Of a stretch of DNA of 64,000 bases, positions 36,653-49,596 are shown piece after piece (positions within the stretch are counted from its first letter, which is position 1; every line of letters begins with the position of its first letter). The position numbers and the translations under genes are program-made. The stretch is from Calcarisporiella thermophila CBS 279.70 (Eukaryota; Fungi; Calcarisporiellomycota), in NCBI RefSeq assembly GCF_041956535.1, contig NW_027192192.1, positions 995,796 to 1,059,795 of the forward strand, given 5' to 3'. The notes under the pieces are model-generated. The model saw nothing but the letters and a program-made list of their open reading frames with translations. It did no database searches and had not been told where the DNA came from.

Positions 36653-39600
36653 ATGAGTTTGAGTGTAAGAAGCTCGGGTAGCCGTTCGTGGGCAGACCCG
36701 GTACCTTCTGTTCCGGACGATGAAGTAGAGAAGTTTGCAGATGCCCTAGAGAACACGCCCGAGATCTGCGTCATGGACCCTGAAAAGGGATTGGCAAATC
36801 TGTATAAATCAGTCTGCCAGAAGAGGTATTTGCTGCTTTGACATTGTACATGTCCAAAGCACATATTCAGCTTTATATATTTACCCCGCTCTCCTTCACA
36901 TTCTAGCGTTGAGGATCTTTATCACATGTCCGCGTTTGATCCCGCTTTTCGCAATCTTCCACAGGCAGAAGAGCTTCAGCTGTGGGAGGCAGAAAAGAGT
37001 ACATGGCTCTTAGTTCAAATGATCTACCCGTTAGTAGCGCATTTAATTGCGTGTCTTTTTTTATGTTGCTTCAGCTGAAACCATTTTTATCGCAATTAGC
37101 GAAAGAGTGAGTGCTCAAACGTACGATGCAGAGGTGCCCGATCTCGATATGCCATACGATACGGACTTCCGATTGGTACAAAATGCATTCCACTATGATA
37201 AGTCGTTGAAGGAGAATTTGGTAAAGTATTTTTAACGGCATTTTTGTCGTTTTTTTCTTGTGAATTCAATCATTCAATCTGTATGTTTTTCTAGGTAATT
37301 AAGCGCTGGCTTGAGGCTATCGCCCCTAGCTTCGATCCCACTCGAGTACGCGCTGGATATTGGTTCCGCACAAAGAATATTGTAAAGGAAAAGAAACGGA
37401 ATAATTTCCTCTTAAAACATTCGGAAGACACTGTGACGGAGCTTGATCCTGACGCACCCCATCGGCAACAAAAGAATTTAGATCCTGATGATGCTGTATG
37501 CTAAGGGTTATATTCTGGGCTTTTGTTACCTTCGTTTTTAAATTCTTTTTTCTTTCTCTCTAGTTCTACGAGAAGGACATGATCCGAACTTTGTACGAAT
37601 ACATTAGACGCGGCCGTCTAGATGACGCTGCCGATTTGTGTAGAGCCAGCAATCAGCTGTGGCGGGCTGCAAGTCTGCGTGGAGGTCTCTATTATTCGGA
37701 TCGATATCTAGAGGAGGATCGCTCGAGCTATTTTTCGGATCAGTCTCTTGGTTTGTTTATCTTAGTATGTATAAATACCTTGGATCGCTGTATTAATTTA
37801 AGTGATAATAGGATTGGATGAGGAATATGGCGCAATATCCGGCAATAAAAACCATCTTCTCTGGAAAGCAACCTGTTACCAAATAGCGAAAGAAGTATGC
37901 ACTTTGTTTTCTCTCCTTTATGCTCTAGTGAATTCCTGAGACAATTGTCTGGTAAACTGTTAGGAGAGCCTAGATATTTACGAGCGCGCATTATACGCTG
38001 CATTATGTGGGGATGTTGAACGAGTGACTCCAGTGTGCCACTCTTGGGAGGATTTCTTATGGGCCTACTATAATGCCCTTATTGAAGCACAATTGCATCA
38101 GGTAGCTGGCTGGCATATGTCTTGCAGCAATCAAGAATATGTCCTGATTTATTTTTGCTGCATAGCATTTCTTAAGACGCGGCCGGACGCTCGACCCAGA
38201 ATTTTCACTACCGTCGGATTCTGATGATCTGACCCCAGCGGAAATTTTTGATCGGGTGTCAAGAAGTGGTACAGAGGAGCTCCGGTATTTCCTAGCTTTG
38301 TTCATACGTTCATCGGAGCGAAGTACGCTGACATTGTTTGTGTCTATCTGTTTCTATTTTAATTATTGTAGACTTTCGGCAAACGAACCATTCCATTTAA
38401 TCCAGGCGCTAATAATACTAAATCGAACTGACGAACTTTTACGAGATTTTAGAGAGCGACTCCTTGACCCATCCAAGCACCTAAGGTATTAGCTCTCGCT
38501 TGACTCAAATCGTCTGTTTAATACTAAATGGTAGCCTTATCTGCTTATTCATCAAGCTCTTGGGAGCGTTCTCATGTGCTACGCTTTATGGCGCATCTCG
38601 TCATATACTTGCGATCAATTGGAGTTTCATTACCGGAGGAAGACGGAGACGCAATTATTCAGAGCTATGTGAGCATGCTTGTAGAAAGTGGAAAAGTGAG
38701 CCTAAATATCTTTAATCCTGAATGTCACCCTCCTCTGCTAACCTTCTTATCCTTGGGGCATAGTCGCGTGTCGTTGCGCTCTACGCATCGAAACTTCCCC
38801 ACGATCTGCAAGTGCACTCCTATGCCAAGTTCTTAAAAAGTATGTGTCTCCACCTTCCCACTTGCGCTTGAAACATATTGCCTCACTCACTTTCACTTCT
38901 AGCTATCAGAGAGGATAAAAAGACACGGTTTGAATATCTCAGTATTGCATATAAATATAACCTCGACGTAGATGCCATTCTTTCGGAGACGGTGAAGATG
39001 ATATTCGAAGAAGGAATGGCTCTGGTATGGCTCATCTCGGTTTCCATATCTCAATTTAATAGTGAAAACTAACACCTCCCCTCTTTACGATCTTAGGAAA
39101 TGCCACTCGTGGAAGATCAGCCTGTTAAATTTTCCAATGTCACCGATCCTATTCATCCAGATGATGAAATACAGATCCGTGCTCTGGAATGGCTTACCCT
39201 GGAAGTTCCCCAATACGCAGAGGCACTGATTCAGAGCAACGCACTTCTCCGGAGATTTTTGGGTAAGCTTCGCACTGTTAGAGCTACTTCACAAGCCTTT
39301 GCACGCCTAACCCTTTTTTTTTTTTTACTTTTCTGCCTTGCAGTCCATGGGAAAATCAACGCCGCGAACGCGTTGGTCCAGTCGCTGCCACAAAACTTCA
39401 TCCAGAAAGAATGGATTGAACACCAGGACCCCGACGACGATAAGCTCCAACCTGGCCTCTACGAACAGTTACACTACCGGGCATTACTCAACTGTCTCTC
39501 ACATTACTCCCGCTTTATCGAGGTGCTCTACCGCAAACCGGGCGCCAAGCCATCAACAGGCCCTAGGCGATCTCTTTACCACCAAGAGTTTGCGGAGTGG

Positions 39601-40150
39601 TCGCGCACGTTGCGATCGGTTGCTCAAGCCGTCGAGGAAGGCGTGCTGCAGCTGATGCAGGACAATTGGCTAAAGCCCGAGGTGGTTGGACAGGAGCTGG
39701 GAGGTAATAGTCTGGATGGTAGATATCCTTCCTTTATATGCATTGAAATTGTCGGATAAGCGGCCTTACTAAAGCGGTTGATGCCTTAATAGACGAGCGG
39801 AGACTCTATGAGCTCCAGCGCCTGCGTGAGATCTATATACCAGAGATGGTCATCCGACTTCACTCAACCCTCTACGAATCACGAGACGTCATCCCCGGGT
39901 AAGTCTTACTCTTGACCTTTTTGAAGCGAGCGAGCATGGAATAACCAATGACCCCTCTTGTTTTTGTATCGCCAGCAATTTGGAGAAGAGCCTGGAGATC
40001 GCCAATCTTGTTGCCGACGACCACCTTGCCATCTACCGAGAATTCACGCAAACAGGAAAAATGCCACAGCTGCTGCAGCTTCTAAGACGGTCCTCCCTCG
40101 CCATCCTGGAAGTGTCAAAGAACCCTTTCAAAACAGCAGTCAAGTCATAA
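36653..40150 (+). CDS. NUP84: Nucleoporin Nup84/Nup107
   Basis: VTELDPDAP, LYEYIRRGRLDDAADLCRASNQLWRAASLRGG, DIYERALYAALCGD, CHSWEDFLWAY, LRFMAHL, LREIYIPE; about 15 GT-AG introns. Confidence 0.93.
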
Positions 40151-40425
40151 CTTCATTTGTTCTCCAATAAAATTGTTTCTTGCTCTAGTGACCAGCCATG
40201 CCCTCGTGTGGAGTCGATCTCAGTTCAACAGCAAACTCTTAATATTAGACTCATAACGCAAAGGGAAAAGAAAACAAGAATTATAGGGAGAAAAAAAAAC
40301 ACTAAAAAAATATAAAAAAGACGCAAGAAAAATCCATGGGCATAACTGATAAAAAACACGGAAAAGGAAAAAATAAAGAAAAAAATACAAAGAATGTTTT
40401 AAATATCTAGTTCGAAGATGGCAGA

Positions 40426-43324
40426 CTAAGATGCGGCAGCCTTTGCCTTCCTCCCTCGCTTCGTCGCCTGTCTCTTTATCCCTTCTTCGAAGAAGTCGAA
40501 CCCTCCACTCATCGTAGCCTTCAGCTCTAGCTCTTTCAATACCATGGGCGGAGACCTGGGCGGCAGTGGTCGGTTTTCCTTCTCATCATCCTGATTGTCC
40601 GCAAATATCTCCATTTTTTGTCTAAGTTTGCGTTTTCGCTTTGCAGGTCGGACCCCTTCTAGTTCTTCGCGAACGTGCAAAATCTTGGCGTGAAGTTTTT
40701 CGTTTTCTGGCATGTAGACCGAGGCTAGGATGCAAAAGATGTCAAAAGGCTGGGTATAAAGAATATTGGGGGGATCCTATAGAGTACCTTTTTCATACAA
40801 ATCGAGCGCAAGCTTAAGATCCCCCTCCTTATGCGCCTTCTTTGCCAACCTTACGTGGGCAACGGCGGTCTTGGATTTGGTCTCCGGGGTCAGGAGCCCA
40901 GCGATCACAGCATCCGTTTTAGCATCACTATGTGACATTATAAATATCGACATCCATCAAGGTGAAATTTTCGGTTGCAAAAAATATGAAAGAAGAACAT
41001 ACCTATCAGCTCGAAACTCTTGCGCAATGTCGCTCTCTTTTGGTTGCTTAGGCTCTGACTTCACTTCCTTCTTAACCACGGGCTTTTCTTTGAGAGGTTC
41101 CAAGGGAACCAGCTCGCTCACGCCCATTTTCTCCACTACGGAATTAAAAGCCTTGGCATCTGCGACTATGTTCAATTTGTTCAGGTGCTCCATCTCACTA
41201 TAGATTTCCTCTCTTAAGCTTGGTCCCGTTTGACTGCAAGGGGTAAACCGGCCCATCATTAGCTTCAGTCTTCGAGCACTGGATAAATATTCAGGACGAT
41301 TACCTTTGGGGTTTCGTGGCCTTCTCTTTTTGATTAATTTCCTTCATTTTTTTCTCAACAATCTGCGTCACCATTCGCTCGAGCTCAGCTCCGCTCATGG
41401 CCGAATAGGTAGACCCGAGGTTGGACGATGACTTTACGGCCAATGCTCTACCCCGAACAGGCTGAATAGGGCGAGACTGTAATGGTTTACGTTCCGTAGC
41501 GGGCGCAGCACTCGAGTGCACTCGCGCCGAGCCTACTGCCTGCTTCTTGAGAGGGCGTTCAGATTCTACAGAAGAGCTTGACTGACGCTTGAGCTTAGTA
41601 ATCGGTTGATTTTCATCGTGATAAATGGCGCGCGCAGGTTTTCCGAGGTTGGCAGAGCGGTTGGGTTGCTTGGCACCTAAGTTCAGTGGGCGGTTAGTCA
41701 CAAATAGCACAGAAATGTTCACAGGAGTGGCATACATGTTGGCTCATTGATAACTGGCTTATTTTCGATGTTTTTACTCTTTGTCGCAAAATTTAGAGTA
41801 CTAGTGAGACAGTGAGAAATAAAAATGAGATGACTCAGATCCTGCGAGTATATAAGAGGAAAAAACAAATGGATACTTACTTATAAGTGTCCATGTAGAA
41901 CTGCTTTTCGGGTGCTATGTTCACGATCATCATTCCTACGCTTTTCCCGCCCAATGAATGCTGCAAGATTCTCGTCATTTTCGAATCGCGATATGGAATA
42001 CGCTATGGTATCATGGACAATTGCATTATCAGCCTATGCAATTCTCTAAACTTGGGCGAAGCAGAGAATAAACTCACTGTTGATCCGCAGTTGAGAGCCT
42101 CAACAACTTGGCCGAGCACGAACAGCGATTTGTTTATGGATCCACTCTCGGTCATGCGTTCTTTTCCCACATTGCCGGTGCGGCGATTGTCCTCCGAGCC
42201 CGCAAGATCAATAAGACTTATTTTACCGGAGTAATTTTTCCCGTTTTTCTTATCCTCAATATCCACCTAATGTTGCAGGAGAGAATTTAAACAGAAAGAA
42301 GAGAGAGCTAGTATCTTGGAAGGGACTTACATAAACAAACAGGATGGCATGGGATCTGCTCGAGTGTGAGTTGAGTTTTGTACTGGCCGTTGAACGGTTC
42401 TTGCACGCTTGACTAAATTTAAAAATATTTATCACTCACAAGTTTAGAGCCGGTCTTGATTCGACGATACTTACTTAAACAGTTTTTCAAAATCATCATA
42501 GGAATTTATATCTCTCTGTAGTGCAAGAATAGAAGCAGTGCATTAACTCTTTGCTCGTAAATGAACCAATACATCCCATGCCATACTTCGGTTAAATCAG
42601 CAACAAATACATTTCGATTTCCATCCTCTCGAATAGGAAGACCCTGTGGATTTTGCTATTGCGATAAAAAAACAACCAGGCCCTTTCAATTAGCTGGGGT
42701 TAACAAAGAATAGTACGACGGTAAGACTCACTGTGTGACGTGGAATTAGAAGGTCAAACACATGCTCTTTATAAATTTCCATGTATGATATTCTGATATC
42801 GATGCATAGATTTCGCGATCGCTTCTTCTTCATCATTAGCGATTGAACGGTGCGTGGTATAATGCCTGGATCCTTTGTCGAGCCTTGGATTGTATGGGTT
42901 TTTCCAGATCCGGTGACGCCATAGGAGAACACGGTTGCATCCTAAGGTAATATTGAGCTAGTGGAATCCTTCAAATGAAATCATGGACACTTACAAGTCC
43001 GCGGTACACTTGTTCAATCACCGGTTTTACATCGCGGTCAAAGATATCTTTCTGCGAAGAGGTTTCACCATAGCAAGAGGAAAAACTATGGTAGCAAAAT
43101 GTTATTCAATGGAATGGAAATAAAAACAGCCGTGTTTGTCCTTACTGATATACTAAGTTTTCTGCTGGATTACGTGGATTGGTAATTCTGAGCGCGGTAT
43201 CTTCAACCTGTATCATGGGGTTCTCTGCCTCTGAGGATTCTGGTTTGAGGAAGGGGCGTACGCGGCACACAACTTTTACTTTTTGACCGTCGGTGTCGAG
43301 CTCTTGTTTACCCTTTGTCGCCAT
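40426..43324 (-). CDS. KIF22: Kinesin-10 (Kid/KIF22-like) chromokinesin
   Basis: [19 protein letters not shown] (P-loop), [21 protein letters not shown] (kinesin-10-like), [12 protein letters not shown]; many short introns. Confidence 0.9.
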
Positions 43325-43615
43325 TGCCGATAATTAAACGCGTCGAGCCTGATATGCCGGGGCGGTGAACAACCTAAAAGGAGAAAAAGAAGAAAAAAAG
43401 AATAATAATAGGGAAGAATAATAATAAAAAAAGAAAGGAGGAAAGAATATTAAATTTCAATTCTGAAATTAAAGAATAGTGTTTAGTTACATAGAGGTAT
43501 ATAAATCGCGTTTAGACGCGTCTTTGGAATTCTGAATTGCTGCGCCGCGCGCCTGACTACCGGGAGAGTTACACGAGATTGTATCTAACCTCATTCATTA
43601 CTTAAGAATAACCCT

Positions 43616-45006
43616 ATGCTCAGCCTAATTAGATCGACATCCTTTCCGGTTGCTAGAAGTATCTCGCCGAGGAACTTTTCCAGGACTAAAAGTACATACT
43701 CCACTAAGATTTTATTCAATTCTTGGGATTCTCTCTATGCTCTATATTCAGTATTTCTATTTGCCACAATTATTAATGGACTTAATAATCACTTAGCAAT
43801 GGCCACCCCTGCTCTGGTTTCCACCAGTTGGCTTGCTGAGAATCTGAACGAGAATAAAACCGTCGTACTTGACGGTTCTTGGCACATGCCGAACGTGAAT
43901 CGTGATCCCAAGAAAGAGTTTCTCGAGAAACATCTTCCTGTACGAACCTTGGTCCTTTCCAATCTTATGATGATAATTTTTCAAGTCTTATCTTAATACC
44001 ATAAATGCTAGGGTGCGAGATTCTTTGGTATTGATGAAATTAAGGACCATTCCAATCATTTGCCTCATATGTTGCCTACTCCTCAAGTCTTTGCCGATTC
44101 AGTTGGTAATTAGATTGATGAAATCTCAGTTGTCCACTCAGCTCATATGTATCACCGTTTTAGGAAAACTTGGGATCGACAATGAAGATCATGTTGTGGT
44201 ATACGATGTACATGGAATTCTTTCGGCTTGTCGTGTATGGTGGACCTTCAAAGTATTCGGCCACGAAAAGGTTTCTGTGCTGAATGGAGGCATGCCTAAA
44301 TGGCTCTCGGAAAACAGGGCGGTGGAGAGCGGCGAGCCAAAGATTTCGGTAAGCAACCCCTTTTTTTCAGGATAAATTTGCTTTTACTTATGCGCCTACT
44401 CTCATTACATGCTATTGCAGGCGAAAAAGTATGCATTGCCAGTTCTAAAGAACGAACTTGTTCGTAGCTACGAGCAAATCAGAGCCAATATCCAAAATGG
44501 CCCTAATTCACCCGATTTTGAGTTGGTACTGGATGCGCGACCCGAGGGAAGGTACGTGCTCTGCAAACTCGAGCATTTTGAAAAGATAAAATTCAACAGC
44601 GCATTTTTGCAACCTAAGGTTCCATGGTACTGACCCTGAGCCGCGACCCGGACTATCCAGTGGCCATATGCCGCATTCCCTCTCATTGCCGTTTCAGCGT
44701 GTGATCAAGGATGGCCAACTTCTCGAGCCAGAAGAGCTGAAGACATTGTTCCGCGATCTCCTTGGAAAAGATCCTTCCGACACGCGCATTGTGACTAGCT
44801 GTGGTAACGTATATGCACTTACACATGTATACGCTTGCTTGGTGACTATAGCCCTAATTTTTGCTTTGCCCACCATAGGGAGTGGAATTACTGCCTCCGT
44901 CTTGTTTTTGGCCCTGGAGATGGTTGGTGCGAAACACGTAGCTCTATATGACGAATCTTGGACAGGCTACGCTGGTAGGAAAGAAAGCCCTATTGTGAAA
45001 TCATAG
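43616..45006 (+). CDS. TUM1: Tandem rhodanese 3-mercaptopyruvate/thiosulfate sulfurtransferase
   Basis: [43 protein letters not shown], active loop CG|[14 protein letters not shown]. Two in-frame ATGs (43616, 43799). Confidence 0.94.
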
Positions 45007-45259
45007 AATGAGGATGGAAGAGCATGGTAACCCAACCCACTGAGCAATTTTGGACAGATATTGTACTGGAGTTGACATTTTATAACTTTATATGAATTCA
45101 AAATAATGTATATCTTCCTATAACCATTATTTCAAACCAAATTATTACTCTTTAAGGTTTTTTTTTCTATATAAAATTATGAATCAAGATGAAAAAAACT
45201 TTTTTTGCGAAATTGAAAAACGAAAACAATGAAGGCACCTCTCGTCTCCTCGAATTTGT

Positions 45260-45865
45260 TTAATGACCACGAACCTTTCGTCGCGTCCAAATCTCGGATA
45301 TCTTCTTTGATGGCACAGACATTGGGCCTTCTAGTGGCATGCTGCTAGACCCTGGACCAGCTGCGAAGCATGCAGCACTAAGAGACGCAGAGTGTTGTTC
45401 GGCGGTGATCTGATTTTGCGGCTTTTCCACATGCATATATGTGATCTCCGTCGTGTTGGTTTGTGTCAGGAAAGAGTTGTCATTCTGCTGAAAAGATTTG
45501 GCCTTAGCGGGTGAGGATGCGGTATTAGTAACAGTTGTGGATTGCATCATAGTCGAGGAGGAGGAGGAGGAGGCGGAGGTGGATGAGGGAGAGGAATGGT
45601 CAGAAGGAAGAGCAGTGGGCATGGTGGATTCGGTTGCTGTGCGCTTAGAGATTGGCTGTGAAGTTTTAGAGTGTTAGGGAATTAATTTTTGAGCGAGGGC
45701 AAATAATATAAACACCTGTGTTTCGGATTGGGGTTTACGTTTCGAGGGGGTGACAGTTATAGTGGCAATGTCATTAGCTTAATGCAAATTATACCATCCA
45801 TTATTAATCCAATTAGTCAAACGAGTAATCAATAGCTTACATGATGCCTGTTCGGGGACTGGCAT
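45260..45865 (-). CDS. Hypothetical Ser/Thr-rich protein, about 160 aa
   Basis: Exons 45865-45841, 45777-45716, 45655-45260 splice in frame; C-terminal block SAACFAAGPGSSSMPLEGP...WTRRKVRGH. Confidence 0.6.
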
Positions 45866-46619
45866 TAGGAGGGTCTATCGATACTGGTAAAAGAAAAATA
45901 AAACTACTGAAAAGGAGAAAAACTGACAAAATAAATAATCACTGATAAGCAAATCGCCCAATGGATTTTTGTGTTGCGTCACATAGATAAAGGAAATTGT
46001 GAAGACGTTTTGGTCAAATATTAAATACGTGTTCTATTAGTAATAAATAGACACGGTCCTGTTATTTGAAAGCGTGTAACACTATTCTTGCCAGACATAC
46101 TATCAGTGCTATTTTGATGGCCAGATCAATAGGATGTAGATAAGGCACTCAAAGTGGAACTGCCTTCTGGTTTTAACGTGGTTTTGCATAGCCCATTTAT
46201 TATGTGAAGATTTGAGATTTTGGCCTGGGCTTTCACCGCCAAGGTCTCAATTTAACAAAAATATATTGAAAACATTTAATGTAACGTGACTCTTGGTGGG
46301 CTCGGGGTGGTGATGGATTAGAGTGGCGTATTGAAATCAAAAGACTGAATTAAAAAAAAACTGAAGTACTTGCTAATTAAAGCTCGATGATATATTTTAA
46401 CCTCTCAATTCGAATTGTGCCGAATAAAGTCTTTGAAGAAATGAGTGAAAAATGTGCAGAGTAAACTTGATGCGAATTTGAAGTGGTTGAAAATTCCACG
46501 CATATCCCAAGTGTGCAAACCAGCCTATTCGAGCTAGTTGGGGACATATGTTCCACCTTACGCTAGAAATCATATCTTAGCAGTACTGTAAGGTCGATTT
46601 CTGATAGATATTAAGAGCG

Positions 46620-46633
46620 ATTGGCCCACGTCA
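46620..46633 (+). promoter_or_regulatory. ERSE-II/UPRE-like ER-stress element upstream of derlin
   Basis: ATTGG-C-CCACG exact ERSE-II match, extending to CCACGTCA (reverse complement TGACGTGG), 80-94 nt before the ATG. Confidence 0.6.
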
Positions 46634-46713
46634 CATAATTTCAAGATCGGTTTCTTATATAACAAACTACTAGTTCGTTCGCAAACTCGAGTTTCTTCGA
46701 AGAAAATAATAGA

Positions 46714-47635
46714 ATGAACAGGAATCCACCGCAATCTAGCATACGATCGGAAATAAATGCATGGTTTCAGTCTATGCCTCCATGCACACGCTGGATGTTT
46801 GCTGCACTAGCCATCATTTCCGTTGGATCGTGGCTCTGGTTTTGGAACTGGACAAAATTAGATTTTGATCTCCTGTGGGAACTACAAGTAATTTGACTTT
46901 TTAGTGATTAAATATATAAATTTACTTACTAAGATATGTTTTCTCCATTTTGCTAGCTATGGCGTCTCATTACCTCTCTCTTTTTCCTGCCAAGAGGTTT
47001 CGACTTTATAATTTTCATGTATAGTTTCTGGCGTTACAGCACCCAATTGGAGCAGGAGATCTTTCGGGGACAAATTGCAGATTACCTCTATTTTTATATA
47101 TTCACTTTGCTTGTTGTTATGCCAGCGGCCTACTGTTATCAATATCCAATTCTGGGACGTGCATTAGTGCTTTCTTGCATATCACTCTGGGGAATCAAAT
47201 ATTCAGAGCAACCTATGAGATTCTATGGGATGCCTTTCAAGGTTTGTTGAATTCTATTGCTCATATCTAGTTTCTCTTGAATATTTAGATATTCTACAAT
47301 ATTAGGCCAAATATCTTGCGTTTCTCTATATTGGCTGGGACTTGATTATTAATGGAAGAGTCCCATATGATATGATCGCAGGTGCAGCTGGCGCCTATCT
47401 CTACAATTACCTTGATACCGAATATCCACTGCAGCATGGTGGTCGTCGTATTATTCAAACACCTCAAATTTTAAAACAAATGTTCCCAACTAGACAGCAG
47501 GCGGGTGGACAGAGGATTGGTAGAGGAGTTCAAATGCAGCCTTCAAGATGGACTTCGGGGAGAGACGACGATTCGAGCCGGGGACGAACAAACAGAGGGG
47601 AGCATAACTGGGGAACAGGCTATCGACTTGGCTAA
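46714..47635 (+). CDS. DERL1: Derlin (Derlin-1/Dfm1 type) ERAD rhomboid pseudoprotease
   Basis: WFQSMPPCTRW, Q|LWRLITS (WR motif), RYSTQLE, ADYLYF, C-terminal SHP box HNWGTGYRLG; 2 introns. Confidence 0.92.
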
Positions 47636-48453
47636 GCCTTTAATAGGAAGCCTCTATCCACCATTTACTACATTTCTTTCCTGGCTGGAATAGAACCCTA
47701 ATATGAGTGTGCGTGAACTATATCTTTTTCTGTAACGAATACTTTGAGTTTCTTTTTTTCCCTTTAATTTATCTTTAGAACGGGTTATTTAACAATAAAT
47801 TTATGCTGCCGCTGTAGGTTGAATCGCAGATTCGAGTGTGCAGTTTGCAATGCAATCAGCTCGGAATATATACGTATACATGGTGATTTTGCCAGTTTAA
47901 ATATATGCCGGTTCTTGTAAGAATAACTCTATTGGACCATAAAGGAGTAATTTTCAGGATACTGCATCCAAAATGAATACCTCAGCGAAATAGCACAAAA
48001 TGGCTAGTTTGTGGACTGAGGGGTAGTCGGAAATCATGATATAAAGAACTAGGATAGTGAAAAACATCATTGTTTGTCGGCAATGAAGAAATTTTAGCCA
48101 AAACGCGATAGGATACAAGTGCGTGCAAAAATGAATGGTTCTTGATATATCGCTTGTCGGTTGACAAGTTGCCACAGTGTGGCTTTTCACCGTGAGATTT
48201 CTCCCCCTATGTAACGATTTCGTCCAACTTTTTTGTCAACTAAGTTTTATTTTGATTTTATTGTTGAGGCATTTTCAGCCTGATCGCCCTCCTCATTAAG
48301 GCGTGGTCTCCATCCGCGTTGGAAAGTCACCCAACTTTGGTTGTCTCCCCTCTTCACTCTACATCTTTTAACCTCTATCCATTCTGCTCTCTTCCGCCTC
48401 TTCCTATTTCTGGACCCCTCAATCACTTTGAGAAACGCTTTCTAGACTGATAA

Positions 48454-49596
48454 ATGCAAAACGATACTGAACTCTTCTCTAGGATTCAAAGTTATCTTCT
48501 TACCAAATCCCGTGAGAAAAACTTGGATGCGCTATTGCGGAATGATATTATATCCCAGCTCGAGGAGAAGTGTCGGCTTCAATTCTTCGAGACGGTCATC
48601 CCTCGTTTGAAAGATATCAGTGCCGATTCAGAGGAGTCAGAGGAGAGCGAAGGAGAAAGCAAATGGGCCTGGGAGCAGTTGACCCGGGTTGCTGTTCCTT
48701 TTTTACTCAGAGTGGTTGCGGAAAATGAAGAGGAGGAGAAGGAGGAGAAGGAGGAGGAGGAGCAACAGGGAAAAGGGGAAAATGGAGAGGTAGAGAAGGA
48801 TATGCTTGAGCGCGCTGCAAAACTCATCACTCTGTTTTGTGGCCGCGAAGGTATGTGTAAATAGCCCATTTCGTCCCTCGCTTACACTTTCCGCTAGTGC
48901 CCATCTAGCCATTACAGATCATTATAATATCCTCTCTCCCCCAATACAGCTACAGGTGCGCTGTCCCGAACATGGCGCTTTCCTCGTGAGCAAGGAGAGA
49001 GCTTGCCAGTCTTAATTCATGAAACGAATTTCGAGGACACTGATCATCTAGGTTTCACCACCTGGAATTCGGCACCCCTTCTTGCTCGCCGCATCTCGCA
49101 GCGGCTTCTACTCCCCAACCCCGCTGATCTCCGCATACTGGAGCTTGGGACCGGCACGGGGCTCCTCGGAATTGTCTGCGCAAAAATGGGAGCCGGTAAA
49201 GTCGTCCTTACGGATTTCCACGCCCGTGTGCTGGAAAATGCGGCTCACAACGTGCGCGAGAACCAGTGCGAAGCTAACGCGGAGGTGCGTCGCCTAGATT
49301 GGAGGAAGTATGCCGAGGAAAATGAGCTTGGCATGTTCGACGTGGTGCTAGCTGCCGATGTAGTCTATGAGGCGGAGCATGCACGCTTGCTACCGCATGT
49401 GATACGTAAACACCTGAAGAAAGCCAAGGGGGTCTGCCTGATGTGTTTACCGCGGAGGAGGGGGTATTCGCAAGAGCTGGAGCTGTTTGAAAGGGAAATG
49501 GAAAACGGGGGGTTTCGACTTGTAAAGAAGGAGCTGGAGAGAGGCTTCGGTGCCGACAAAGACGGCGAATATCAAGTCTATGAATACCAGCCGTAG
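48454..49596 (+). CDS. Class I protein-lysine methyltransferase, Methyltransf_16 family (Efm2-like)
   Basis: LGFTTWNSA, ILELGTGTGLLG, VVLTDF, LDW, FDVVLAADVVYE; one intron; start uncertain. Confidence 0.88.

Noticed and set aside
14943-45006. Functional cluster of mitochondrial genes (HEM15, NUXM, ATP20, ATP19, TUM1)
   Set aside because: Interspersed with unrelated genes over 30 kb; no shared motif seen; consistent with a housekeeping-rich region.
47950-48075. - strand C/D snoRNA (ATGATGT ... CTGA)
   Set aside because: Imperfect C box, no terminal stem and no rRNA complementarity I could verify.
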